A stretch of 24,115 nucleotides of DNA from Solirubrobacteraceae bacterium (GCA_035553935.1 DATMJM010000239.1:1-24115); one strand, 5' to 3'; shown: positions 8,825 to 17,233, numbered from the stretch's first letter. Notes: generated by a model from the letters alone, not told the origin. Made by a program: numbers and translations.

Positions 8825-9094
8825 ATGACCGCTCCCCGCTCCGCCGACGCCGAGGCCCTCGACGCGTTCGTCGAGCAGCTCATCGAGACCTCGTTCACGC
8901 TCATGACGTTCGCCAACGCCATCATGACGGACGCCGCGGAGCGCCGCTCGTCGCCCGACGCGCCGCCGATCCCCGACGTGCTGCGCAGCCTCCTGCTCGA
9001 CGCGGCGACGAAGATCGTCTGCCGCGACATCTACATCGTGCCGCGGCGCGCGTCACGCGGCCCGCCCCGGCGCCGCGCGCGCGGGCCGCACTGA
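8825..9094 (+). CDS. Hypothetical protein (89 aa)
   Basis: Protein-like amphipathic helices (EALDAFVEQLIETSFTLMTFANAIM; PPIPDVLRSLL); divergent from the zinc-ribbon gene across a 52-bp gap. Confidence 0.55.
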   Translation: MTAPRSADAEALDAFVEQLIETSFTLMTFANAIMTDAAERRSSPDAPPIPDVLRSLLLDAATKIVCRDIYIVPRRASRGPPRRRARGPH

Positions 9095-9108
9095 CGGCGG
9101 CTCGCGGA

Positions 9109-9114
9109 TAGCCT
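9109..9114 (+). promoter_or_regulatory. -10 hexamer TAGCCT 7 nt before GTG9122 (leaderless candidate)
   Basis: TAGCCT-gcgcgcc-GTG, no SD. Confidence 0.45.
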
Positions 9115-9121
9115 GCGCGCC

Positions 9122-10363
9122 GTGACAGACCAGGTCGCGGTGGCGCTCCCGCGCAGGGCGCTCCTGGGAAGCGCCGCGGGCAAGGGAATCGAGGCGCTCA
9201 CGCTCGCTGCCCTCGTGCTGCTCGTGCCGCGCGCGCTCGGTCCCGCCGACTACGGCGGCTTCGCCGTCGGCCTCGCCGTCGCCACCGGGATCGCGACGGC
9301 GACCGGGATCGGCGGGCCGGCGCTCTTCGCACGCGTGCTCGCGCCGCTGGACGGCACACGGCGCGGTGACGTCGCGCGGGCGCTCGTGCTGCGCATCGGC
9401 CGCACGCGCGCCGGGCTGCTCGCGGCGCTCGGCGCCGCGGCACTGGTCGGCGCGCTGCTCGCGCCCGGCTCCGTCGCGCCGCTGCACGTCGCGCTCGTCG
9501 GCGCGGCCGCGCTGCTCGGCACCGCCGCGACGCTGCTGTCGCAACTCGCGCTCGGCGTCGAGCGGAGCGTCGCGTGGAGCCTGCGCTACCCGCTGGAGAA
9601 CGGCGTCATCGTCGCCGCCGCGCTCGCGCTGCATCCGAGCGCCGGCCTGGACGGGGCGCTCGCCGCGATCGCGCTCGGCGCCGCCGCGGCGCTGGTGCTC
9701 GCAGCGGCGACGGCGGCGCCGGCGCTGCGCGGCGCCCGCCGCAGGGCGGACCTGCCGGCGGGCGCGCTGCGCTTCGCGCGGCTGCAGGCGGCGGGCGGCG
9801 TGCTGACGCAGGTCGTCCACCGCGGCGCCGCGCCGGCCTGCGCGCTCGCCGGGGCGGGAGCGGTCGCAACGGGGCACGCGGCCATCGCCGCCGGCGCGGC
9901 GCTCGCGATCACCTATGCCGTCGTGCAGACGATGCTCGTCGCGCTGCCCGGCGCCGCCCGCGCGCACACGAGCGATCCGCGCGCCGCCGAGCGCATGCTG
10001 CGGCGGACCGCCGTCTGGTGCGCGTGCGTAGCGGTGCCCGCCTGCGCGGTCGCCGCGCTCGCCGCCGAGCCGCTGCTCGCGGGCGCGCTCGGCGAGCAGT
10101 TCGGCGGCGCGGCCGGGGCGCTGCGGATCGCGCTCGCGGCCGCCGCGCTGGCGCCGTTGTGGGCGCTCGCCAACCAGCTCGCCGCGGTGCGTGCGCGGCC
10201 CGGCGCCGTGCTCGCGGGGGCGGCGGCCGGCGCGGCGGCGTTCGCCTGGACGGCCGTGCTGGCCGTGCCCGGCTCCGGAGCGAGCGGCGCGGCGGCGGCG
10301 ATGCTCGCGGGCGTCGCAGCCACGACCGCCGCCACGTCGGCCGCGCTGCGGAGGCGCGCGTGA
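9122..10363 (+). CDS. Wzx/MOP-superfamily polysaccharide flippase-like membrane protein
   Basis: Many hydrophobic segments; N-terminal LVPRALGPADYGGFA (R.LG...YG.F) and later LGEQFGGA..AL pattern typical of Wzx-type exporters. Confidence 0.7.
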   Translation: MTDQVAVALPRRALLGSAAGKGIEALTLAALVLLVPRALGPADYGGFAVGLAVATGIATATGIGGPALFARVLAPLDGTRRGDVARALVLRIGRTRAGLLAALGAAALVGALLAPGSVAPLHVALVGAAALLGTAATLLSQLALGVERSVAWSLRYPLENGVIVAAALALHPSAGLDGALAAIALGAAAALVLAAATAAPALRGARRRADLPAGALRFARLQAAGGVLTQVVHRGAAPACALAGAGAVATGHAAIAAGAALAITYAVVQTMLVALPGAARAHTSDPRAAERMLRRTAVWCACVAVPACAVAALAAEPLLAGALGEQFGGAAGALRIALAAAALAPLWALANQLAAVRARPGAVLAGAAAGAAAFAWTAVLAVPGSGASGAAAAMLAGVAATTAATSAALRRRA

Positions 10364-11175
10364 TCTCCGTCGTCGTGCCGACGTGCGACCGTCCCGCGGC
10401 CCTCCGGCGTTGCCTGGCCGCGCTCGCGCGCCAGGACGCCGAGGCCGACCTCGACGTCGTCGTCGTCGACGACGGCACCGCCGCCGGCGGGAGCGTCGAA
10501 GCGCCGGGCGCGCGCGTCGTGCGCGCCGGCGGCCGCGGCCCGGCCGCGGCGCGCAACCTCGGCGCGCGCGCGGCGCGCGGGAGGGTGATCTGCTTCACCG
10601 ACGACGACTGCGCGCCCGCGCCCGGCTGGGCGCAGCGGCTCGCGCGGGCCTGCGCGGGGGGCGGCGCGGCCGCCGGCGCGACGGTCGCAGACCCCGCGGC
10701 CGGCGCCTGCGCCGCCACCGCGCAGCTGCTCGCCAACACGCTCATGCTCACGTCGCGCGACGCGGCCACCGGCGGGCTGCGCTTCGCGCCGACGTGCAAC
10801 CTCGCCTGTCACGCCGAGACCTTCGCCGCGCTGCCGTTCGACGAGTCCTTTTCGCTCGCGGCGGGCGAGGACCGCGACTGGTGCGCGCGGCTCGTCGCGA
10901 CCGGCGCGCTGCTGCGCCACGTGCCGGACGCGGTGGTCGTGCATCGCCCGCAGCTCGGCGTTCGCGGGCTCGCCCGCCAGCAGCTGCGCTACGGCCGCGG
11001 GGCGATCGCCTTCCGCGACGCGGGCGGCGCGCCAGCCGGCCGCGCGTTCTACGGCCGGCTCGCGCGGGGCTGCGCGCGCGAGGGCGCCGGCGTCGCGGCG
11101 CTCGTCGCGCTCGCGCAGGCGTCGGTCGCGGCCGGCGCGGCGCTTGAGCTAGCGCAGCAGCGGCTCGCCCGCTAG
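10360..11175 (+). CDS. Glycosyltransferase family 2
   Basis: GTG10360 overlaps the flippase TGA; ISVVVPT.DR, VVVVDDG, AARNLG, CFTDDDC, GEDRDWC, QQLRYGRG. Confidence 0.92.
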   Translation: MISVVVPTCDRPAALRRCLAALARQDAEADLDVVVVDDGTAAGGSVEAPGARVVRAGGRGPAAARNLGARAARGRVICFTDDDCAPAPGWAQRLARACAGGGAAAGATVADPAAGACAATAQLLANTLMLTSRDAATGGLRFAPTCNLACHAETFAALPFDESFSLAAGEDRDWCARLVATGALLRHVPDAVVVHRPQLGVRGLARQQLRYGRGAIAFRDAGGAPAGRAFYGRLARGCAREGAGVAALVALAQASVAAGAALELAQQRLAR

Positions 11176-12651
11176 CCCGTCGCGCTGCACGCCGCAGACG
11201 GCGGCGACCGTCGCCGCGACGTCGGCGAGCCGCGGCGGGCGCCCCGGCTCGATCGGCTCGTGCGCGCCGGCGGCAACGACCGCCCACGCGTCGCCCGGCG
11301 TGTGGTTGCCCGAGCGTCCGCTGCCGGTGCCGCGCCGCATGACGTCCCCGAACCGCGGCGAGTGCACGCCCGCGAGCGTCGTCGCCGGGCGCTCGCTCCA
11401 CTGCACGACGAGGTCGGGCAGCTGTCCGGCGCGCGCGCCGGCATGGTGCTCGGCGACGCGGTCGACGCGCGCGACCGCCGGCGCTCCATCGGAGTCGACG
11501 AACGTCCGCAGGCCATCGCCGATGGTGTCGAGCAGCGCGTCCGCCTCGTTCGGGGAGACGATGCCGTCGCGCTCGCGTCCGCGCAGGTTCAGCCGGATGT
11601 AGCCCTGGTTGTCGGCGGGGTGGCAGAACGCGGCCGTCTGCGACCAGTCGATCCCGCGCAGCTCCAGGCGCGCCGTCAGCTCGAGCGCGACGCGATCGGG
11701 CAGCGCGCGGGCGATCGCGCCGCGCGCAGCGGGCGGGATCGCGGCGCGCAGGCGCCAGATCGCTCCCGCCCCTCCGTCGCCACCCGAGCGCAGCGGGCCG
11801 CCGTCGAGCACCGCTGCGAGCATCTCGGGCAGCAGGTCCGCGCGCGAGCTGTTGACGTCCATCCCGACGGCCGACGTGACGATGACGTCGGCGTCGCCGG
11901 GCAGCGTCTCCAGCACGCGGCCGAACGCGCTGTCGACGGCGCCGTAGACATCCTCGAGCGCCGTCTCGAGGAGCGCGCGGTCGCGGCCCGCCGGCTCCTC
12001 GGCGAGCTGGGAGAGGTCCCAGAACTGATGTCCGGCGAGATGCGCCGCGCTGAACGTCAGCCACGCGAGGTCGTAGGCGTCGCGCGCGAGCGCCTCGGTC
12101 GCGGCCGTGGCGACGCGCTCGGGCGCGGCGACGAGCTTGGCGCGCAGGCCGAGCAGCTCGCGCGCGGTCGGGCGGCCGAAGATCTCGGTCGCGTGCGGCC
12201 CGCGGCCGTGGCGCGCGGCGAGCTGCGCCCCCGCGTCGCGCGGCAGCGACCAGCGCGGCAGCACGACGCGGTCGCGAAAGCCCCAGCCGCAGACGTAGGT
12301 GCCGTTCCACTCGCCTGGCGGGCGGCTCTCGTACGGATCGATCGCCAGCGTCCGCAGCCCGGCGCGCGCGAGGCGCTCCCAGATCGCCGGCGGCGCCGGG
12401 AACGCCGTCATGTAGCGGGCGCGCTGCGCGGCGGCGTCCCACTGGAAGGGATAGAAGAGCCCGTGGTCGGCGAGCTCGATCCCGCTGTAGAGCGTGTGAA
12501 ACGCGCCCGCCGCGAAATGGTCGGCGGGCGTGTCGAGCGTGATGCGGCGACCGCGCTCGATCAGCCCCGCGAGCACCGGCAGGCGCCCGGTGGCGAGCAT
12601 GCGATCGACGACGGCGACGCTCGCCGCGTCGAACTGCAGCACGCAGATCAC
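11149..12651 (-). CDS. Alkaline phosphatase superfamily (NPP/phosphodiesterase-like) protein with atypical active site
   Basis: LQFDAA…GRLPVLAGL, HTLYSG…HG, LAGHQFWD, GYIRLNLRGRERDGIV, PDLVVQW, SGNH, PRLADVAATV. GTG start overlaps the upstream TGA. Confidence 0.85.
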   Translation of the reverse strand: MICVLQFDAASVAVVDRMLATGRLPVLAGLIERGRRITLDTPADHFAAGAFHTLYSGIELADHGLFYPFQWDAAAQRARYMTAFPAPPAIWERLARAGLRTLAIDPYESRPPGEWNGTYVCGWGFRDRVVLPRWSLPRDAGAQLAARHGRGPHATEIFGRPTARELLGLRAKLVAAPERVATAATEALARDAYDLAWLTFSAAHLAGHQFWDLSQLAEEPAGRDRALLETALEDVYGAVDSAFGRVLETLPGDADVIVTSAVGMDVNSSRADLLPEMLAAVLDGGPLRSGGDGGAGAIWRLRAAIPPAARGAIARALPDRVALELTARLELRGIDWSQTAAFCHPADNQGYIRLNLRGRERDGIVSPNEADALLDTIGDGLRTFVDSDGAPAVARVDRVAEHHAGARAGQLPDLVVQWSERPATTLAGVHSPRFGDVMRRGTGSGRSGNHTPGDAWAVVAAGAHEPIEPGRPPRLADVAATVAAVCGVQRDGLAGEPLLR

Positions 12652-13583
12652 GTGACCTGCACGCCCTCGACCGCAACCGCCTCGCCGCCGACCGCGTCCG
12701 AGCGGCGCGCGGCGTCGAGCACGCGCATCACGGCCGCGCCCTCGCCGGCGCTCGCCAGCGGGCCGGCGTCCGCGCCGCGCAGCGCGCGGCCGTAGGCCTC
12801 GAGCTGCAGCGTCAGCGAGCGCACGAGGGGGTGCGCCAGCGGCCGCACCCGCGCCGCGACCGCGCGCAGCCGGCCACCGCGCTCCGCGCGGGCCACGCGC
12901 CCGCCATCGGCGCGGCGAACCTCGACGAGCTCGTGGTGCGGGCGGTTGGTCGCGCACTCGATCTTGACCTCCGCGCGCGTCGTCGCGAGCACGAGTCCGG
13001 CGTGCTCGCGCGTGCAGTGCGCGCGCACCGCGAGCGGCAGCGAGCGCGTGAGGTAGAGGGCGAGGTCGACGAGGTGCGGCCCGAGGTCGAGCAGCGCGTC
13101 GTCGCCGCGCGCGACCGGCCGCCACGACTTGCGGCGGTAGTGCAGCACCATGTTCAGCTCGAGGTCGCCGTCCGCCGGCACGCGCCGGTCGAGCTCGACG
13201 CCCTGGTCGAAGCGGCGGTTGAAGGCGATCCACGGCGCGGGCGCCAGTGCAGCGATCCGCAGCGCGCCGGCGGCGTCGGGCGCGGGCGGCTTCTCGACGA
13301 GCGCGGCGAGGCCGGATCGCGCGGCGGCGGCGGCCGCCGCCTCGTGATCCTCGGGCGGCGTGCAGACGATGACGCCGTCGAGGGTGGTGGCGTCCAGCAG
13401 CTCGTCCGGCCGCGCGTGCGCCGAGGCGCCGAGCTTGCCGGCCACGAGCCCGCGGCGGGCGCGGTCGGGATCGGCCACCGCGACGATCTCGATGCCGTCC
13501 GCGGCGCGCGCCGCCGGCACGTAGCCGAGCTCGGCGAGCCGGCCGCAGCCGACGAGGCCCAGGCGAAGCGCGCCGCCGGTCAT
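12648..13583 (-). CDS. Gfo/Idh/MocA-family oxidoreductase
   Basis: RLGLVGCGRLA, VAVADP, VIVCTPP..H, LVEKP, FNRRF, DLGPHLVD. ATGA overlap with the upstream GT2. Confidence 0.92.
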   Translation of the reverse strand: MTGGALRLGLVGCGRLAELGYVPAARAADGIEIVAVADPDRARRGLVAGKLGASAHARPDELLDATTLDGVIVCTPPEDHEAAAAAAARSGLAALVEKPPAPDAAGALRIAALAPAPWIAFNRRFDQGVELDRRVPADGDLELNMVLHYRRKSWRPVARGDDALLDLGPHLVDLALYLTRSLPLAVRAHCTREHAGLVLATTRAEVKIECATNRPHHELVEVRRADGGRVARAERGGRLRAVAARVRPLAHPLVRSLTLQLEAYGRALRGADAGPLASAGEGAAVMRVLDAARRSDAVGGEAVAVEGVQVT

Positions 13584-14488
13584 GCCGTCGCCCGTCCGCG
13601 GCGCGCCCACAGCACGACGCCGGCGGGCACGGAGGCCACGGCCGTGAGGTGATGGACGAGGTGCAGCGGCACGCCGGCGAGCGCGAGGCGCGGCCCGCCG
13701 AGGCGCGCGAGCAGCGCATAGAAGCCGGCGTTGGGCACCATCATCGCCGCGACCGCGGCCGCCGCGAGGCGTCCTCGGCCAGTTGCCGCGGCGGCCAGCG
13801 CCATGACGGCGGCGCCCGCCGCCACGCGGTGGCGCCAGGAGAGGTTGAGCGCGCGGGCGCCGGCGCCGCCGCGTTCCAGGCGCAGCGCCACCCACGGCGC
13901 GCCGCGGGCGGCGAAGTCGGTGCGCAGCATCGACGCCAGCGTCCAGCGCTTGAGGTGCGTGCCGCGCGCCGCGGGCTCGAGCGCGATGCGGCGACCCGCG
14001 GCGTGCAGGCGCATGCCGAGCTCGACGTCCTCGATCGACGGCCGCGGGTAGCGGCGCGCGTCGAAGCCGCCGACGGCCTCGAACGCCTCGCGACGGATCG
14101 CGCCGATGCCCGCCCAGAACGTGCTCGCCGTGCCGGGCGATGACGTGTGCACGTGGTGGTGCAGGAGGTTGCGAAAGCGCGAGATCGCGGCCGGCGAGGC
14201 GGGCCGGTCGTCGTAGGCACCGAAGACGGCGTCGAGGCGCGGATCGGCGTCGAGTGCCGCCCGCAGCCGGCACAGCGCGTCGGGGTGGACCTCGACGTCG
14301 GCGTCGATGAACACGACGATCTCGCCCTGCGTCCGCGCCACGCCGGCGTTGCGCGCGGCGGCCGGCCCGCCGAGCCCCGGATCGGCCACGACCTCCACCT
14401 CGTGGGCCTGCTCCGAGCGCGCGAGCGCGGCCAGGCAGCGCGGCAGCGTGGGGGGCGCGTCGGTGGCTGGGATGACGACGGTCAGCAA
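13580..14488 (-). CDS. Glycosyltransferase family 2 with hydrophobic C-terminus
   Basis: LTVVIPA, AARNAG, VVFIDADV, GGFD, SIEDVELG. Start placed at TTG14488; the ORF track extends it to 14530 through the operator region. Confidence 0.88.
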   Translation of the reverse strand: MLTVVIPATDAPPTLPRCLAALARSEQAHEVEVVADPGLGGPAAARNAGVARTQGEIVVFIDADVEVHPDALCRLRAALDADPRLDAVFGAYDDRPASPAAISRFRNLLHHHVHTSSPGTASTFWAGIGAIRREAFEAVGGFDARRYPRPSIEDVELGMRLHAAGRRIALEPAARGTHLKRWTLASMLRTDFAARGAPWVALRLERGGAGARALNLSWRHRVAAGAAVMALAAAATGRGRLAAAAVAAMMVPNAGFYALLARLGGPRLALAGVPLHLVHHLTAVASVPAGVVLWARRGRATA

Positions 14489-14519
14489 GTTAGGAGAGCC
14501 TAAGTTAGAGTGGCCTAAC
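14489..14519. promoter_or_regulatory. Tandem DtxR/IdeR-like iron boxes in a 31-bp divergent intergenic region
   Basis: TTAGGAGAGCCTAA (14490-14503) and TTAGAGTGGCCTAA (14505-14518); 12/14 and 11/14 matches to TTAGGTTAGCCTAA, the first 14 nt of the DtxR consensus. Confidence 0.65.
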
Positions 14520-16016
14520 ATGGGAGGCACTTCACGGGAGCCGTTCGCCGTGCTCGGGGGCGGACCGGCGGGATTGACCGCAGGCTACGTGCTCGCGCGG
14601 GCCGCGCGTCCGGTCGTGGTGTTCGAGGCGGGCGATCAGGTCGGCGGGCTGGCGCGCACGGTCGTGCGCGACGGCTACCGGTTCGACCTCGGCGGCCACC
14701 GCTTCTTCACGAAGTCCGACGAGGTCCAGCGCCTGTGGCGGCAGGTGCTGGGCGAGGAGCTGCTCGTGCGCGAGCGGCTGTCGCGGATCTACTGGCGCGG
14801 ACGGTTCATCGACTATCCGCTGCGGCTCGCCGACGTCGTGCGCAAGGTCGGGCCGCTCGAGCTCGCGCGCTGCGGCGGCTCGTACGGCGCGGCGCTGGCG
14901 CGGCGGGCGCGGCGGCGCGCGCCGCAGACCTTCGAGGACTGGGTCTGCGACCGCTTCGGCCGGCGCCTGTTCGAGCTGTTCTTCAAGAGCTACACCGAGA
15001 AGGTGTGGGGCGTCCCCACGGCCGAGATCAGCGCCGACTGGGCAGCGCAGCGGATCCGCGCGCTGTCGTTTTCGCGCGTGGTTCGCGCGGCGCTGCTCAA
15101 GGACGGCGCGAACGTGCGCAGCCTCATCGAGGAGTTCCACTACCCGCGCCTCGGGCCCGGCCAGATGTGGGAGGCGATGGCGGCGGAGATCGTCGGCGCC
15201 GGCGGTCAGGTCCGGCTCGGCTCGCGCGTGTCGCGGATCGAGCTGCGAGACGAGCGTGTGGCGGCGGTGCACTGCGCGGGTGATCGAGTCGCGGTCGGCG
15301 ACGTCGTCTCGTCGCTGCCCCTGCGCGACGTCGTCGCGCTGGCCGACCCGCCGCCGCCCGACGCCGTGCGCCGCGCCGCCGCGGGGCTGCGCTACCGCGA
15401 CTTCCTCACGGTCGCGCTCGTCGTACGCGGCGAGGACCTCTTCCCCGACAACTGGATCTACGTGCACGACCCGGGCGTCCGCGTCGGGCGGATCCAGAAC
15501 TTCCGCGCCTGGAGCCCGGCGATGGTGCCCGACCCGGACCGCACCTGCGTCGGCCTGGAGTACTTCTGCTTCGAGGGCGACGACCTGTGGAACGCGAGCG
15601 ACGACGCGCTCGTCACACGCGCGACGCGTGAACTCGACGAGATCGGCCTGGCGTCCGCCGAGCGCGTCGAGCGCGGCCATGTCGTGCGCGTGCCCAAGGC
15701 CTATCCGATCTACGACGCTGACTACGAGGCGCGCGTCGCGACGATTCGCGGCTGGCTGGAGTCGATCACGAACCTCCAGCAGGTCGGCCGCAACGGGCTG
15801 CATCGCTACAACAACTCCGATCACTCCATGCTCACCGCCCTGCGCGCGGTCGAGAACGCCTGCGACGCGACGTCCCACGATCTGTGGGCGGTCAATGCCG
15901 ACGACGAGTACCACGAGGAGTCTCGCCCGCGCGTCCAGCCCTACCGCGACGCGCCCGAGACGCCGGCGCTGCGCGGAGGCGACGGCCTGGCGGTCGCCGG
16001 GCAGTCGATCGAGTAG
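14520..16016 (+). CDS. FAD-dependent oxidoreductase, UDP-galactopyranose-mutase-like (COG1232-type)
   Basis: GGGPAGL, GGLART, GGHRFF, YTEKVWG, FHYPRLGPG, LEYFC, PKAYPIY, GRNGLHRYNNSDHSM. Confidence 0.85.
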   Translation: MGGTSREPFAVLGGGPAGLTAGYVLARAARPVVVFEAGDQVGGLARTVVRDGYRFDLGGHRFFTKSDEVQRLWRQVLGEELLVRERLSRIYWRGRFIDYPLRLADVVRKVGPLELARCGGSYGAALARRARRRAPQTFEDWVCDRFGRRLFELFFKSYTEKVWGVPTAEISADWAAQRIRALSFSRVVRAALLKDGANVRSLIEEFHYPRLGPGQMWEAMAAEIVGAGGQVRLGSRVSRIELRDERVAAVHCAGDRVAVGDVVSSLPLRDVVALADPPPPDAVRRAAAGLRYRDFLTVALVVRGEDLFPDNWIYVHDPGVRVGRIQNFRAWSPAMVPDPDRTCVGLEYFCFEGDDLWNASDDALVTRATRELDEIGLASAERVERGHVVRVPKAYPIYDADYEARVATIRGWLESITNLQQVGRNGLHRYNNSDHSMLTALRAVENACDATSHDLWAVNADDEYHEESRPRVQPYRDAPETPALRGGDGLAVAGQSIE

Positions 16017-17233
16017 ACGCTCCACTCGCCGCTGCGGGCGACCGGCGTCGCCGCGGCGCGCACCTCGCGGCGCAGGCGCGGCGACGCCTGCAGGCCGACC
16101 ACGAACGCGCCCGACAGGCGCGGCGGCCTGCCGAAGCTCACGACGTGCGAGAGCGGCACGCCGAGCTCCCACGCCAGCGCCGTGCGCACGAGCGCGTCGC
16201 TCGTCGCCAGCCGCCCGCAGGCCAGCAGCCGGTCGCGGCCGACGGCGCCCGCGAGCTGCTTCAGGCGGTCGTGCGAGTCGCTGATCCGCGCCGCGCTGTG
16301 CCACGCGTGCGGCACCTCCGCGACGCGCCCGGGAAGGCCGACCGCCGTGACGGCGCCAGCGGCTGCGGCCAGCGCGACGAGCGCCGGCCGCGGCCGCGCC
16401 GCCAGCGCCGCCAGCCCCACTCCGCCGAGCACGCCGGGCTGCCGCGCTTCATGGCGCCCGCGGCGGTCGGCGAGCGCAGCGATCGCGAGCGGCCACGCGA
16501 CCGCGAGCGGCAGCGCGAGCGCCCAGCCGAGCGCCTCCAGCGGGTCGCTCGTCTGCGTCTGCGCCCGCGCGGCGCCAGCGCCGCCGGCGGCGAGCAGGTC
16601 CGGGGCGACCCACAGCGCCGGCACCAGGGCCGCCAGCGCCACCGCGAGCGGCCGCGTGCGCGGCTGCGCGCGCCAGCACCACAGCCCGTACAGCGCGAGC
16701 AGCGGGAGCGCCTCCGCGCGCAGGAGGGCGGCCAGCGCACCGAGCGCGAGCGCGGTGCGCGCGTGCCCGGCCAGGCCGGCGCGGACGGCCGCGAGGACGA
16801 AGGCGACGAGCAGCGGCTCGCCCATCCCGCCTGCGACCTGGCGGTTCCAGGGCGTGACCTCGTCGGACAGCAGGACGAGGCACACCGCGGCGAAGGCCCC
16901 GGCCGCCGCGCGCAGCGCGCGCGGCCTGCCCGCCGTCAGGTGGACGGCCAGCTCGGCGGCCAGCCCGAGCGACGCCAGCCACGCCGCGCGCACGAGCACG
17001 AGCCACAGCTCCGGAGCGGCGTCACCGGCGAGCGACAGCAGCGCGGCCAGCAGGACCGGCAGCGGCTTCCACGACGGCCCGGTCGTCATGTCGACGTCCA
17101 GGTCGGTCAGCTCGCGCCCCCACACGAGCCATGACCACGCGTCGTAGACCGGCTCGGCGGCGATCGCAAGCGAGGCGGCCGCGAGCGCCAGGCAGGCGGC
17201 GGCGGCGAGGAGGAGGAGTCGGCGGGTCGTCAC
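15941..17233 (-). CDS. Polytopic membrane protein, putative GT-C-fold glycosyltransferase
   Basis: PVYDAWSWLVWGREL…GPSWKPLPVLL loop after the first TM, GMGEPLL, LLRAEALP (L.RxE), multiple TM segments and a C-terminal soluble domain. Confidence 0.7.
   Translation of the reverse strand: MTTRRLLLLAAAACLALAAASLAIAAEPVYDAWSWLVWGRELTDLDVDMTTGPSWKPLPVLLAALLSLAGDAAPELWLVLVRAAWLASLGLAAELAVHLTAGRPRALRAAAGAFAAVCLVLLSDEVTPWNRQVAGGMGEPLLVAFVLAAVRAGLAGHARTALALGALAALLRAEALPLLALYGLWCWRAQPRTRPLAVALAALVPALWVAPDLLAAGGAGAARAQTQTSDPLEALGWALALPLAVAWPLAIAALADRRGRHEARQPGVLGGVGLAALAARPRPALVALAAAAGAVTAVGLPGRVAEVPHAWHSAARISDSHDRLKQLAGAVGRDRLLACGRLATSDALVRTALAWELGVPLSHVVSFGRPPRLSGAFVVGLQASPRLRREVRAAATPVARSGEWSVYSIDCPATARPSPPRSAGVSGASR

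Noticed and set aside
14520-16016. Protoporphyrinogen oxidase HemY (would fit iron regulation)
   Set aside because: The motifs (GGHRFF, KVWG, N.DHS) and GT-cluster context fit the UGM-like branch better, and no hem genes are nearby.
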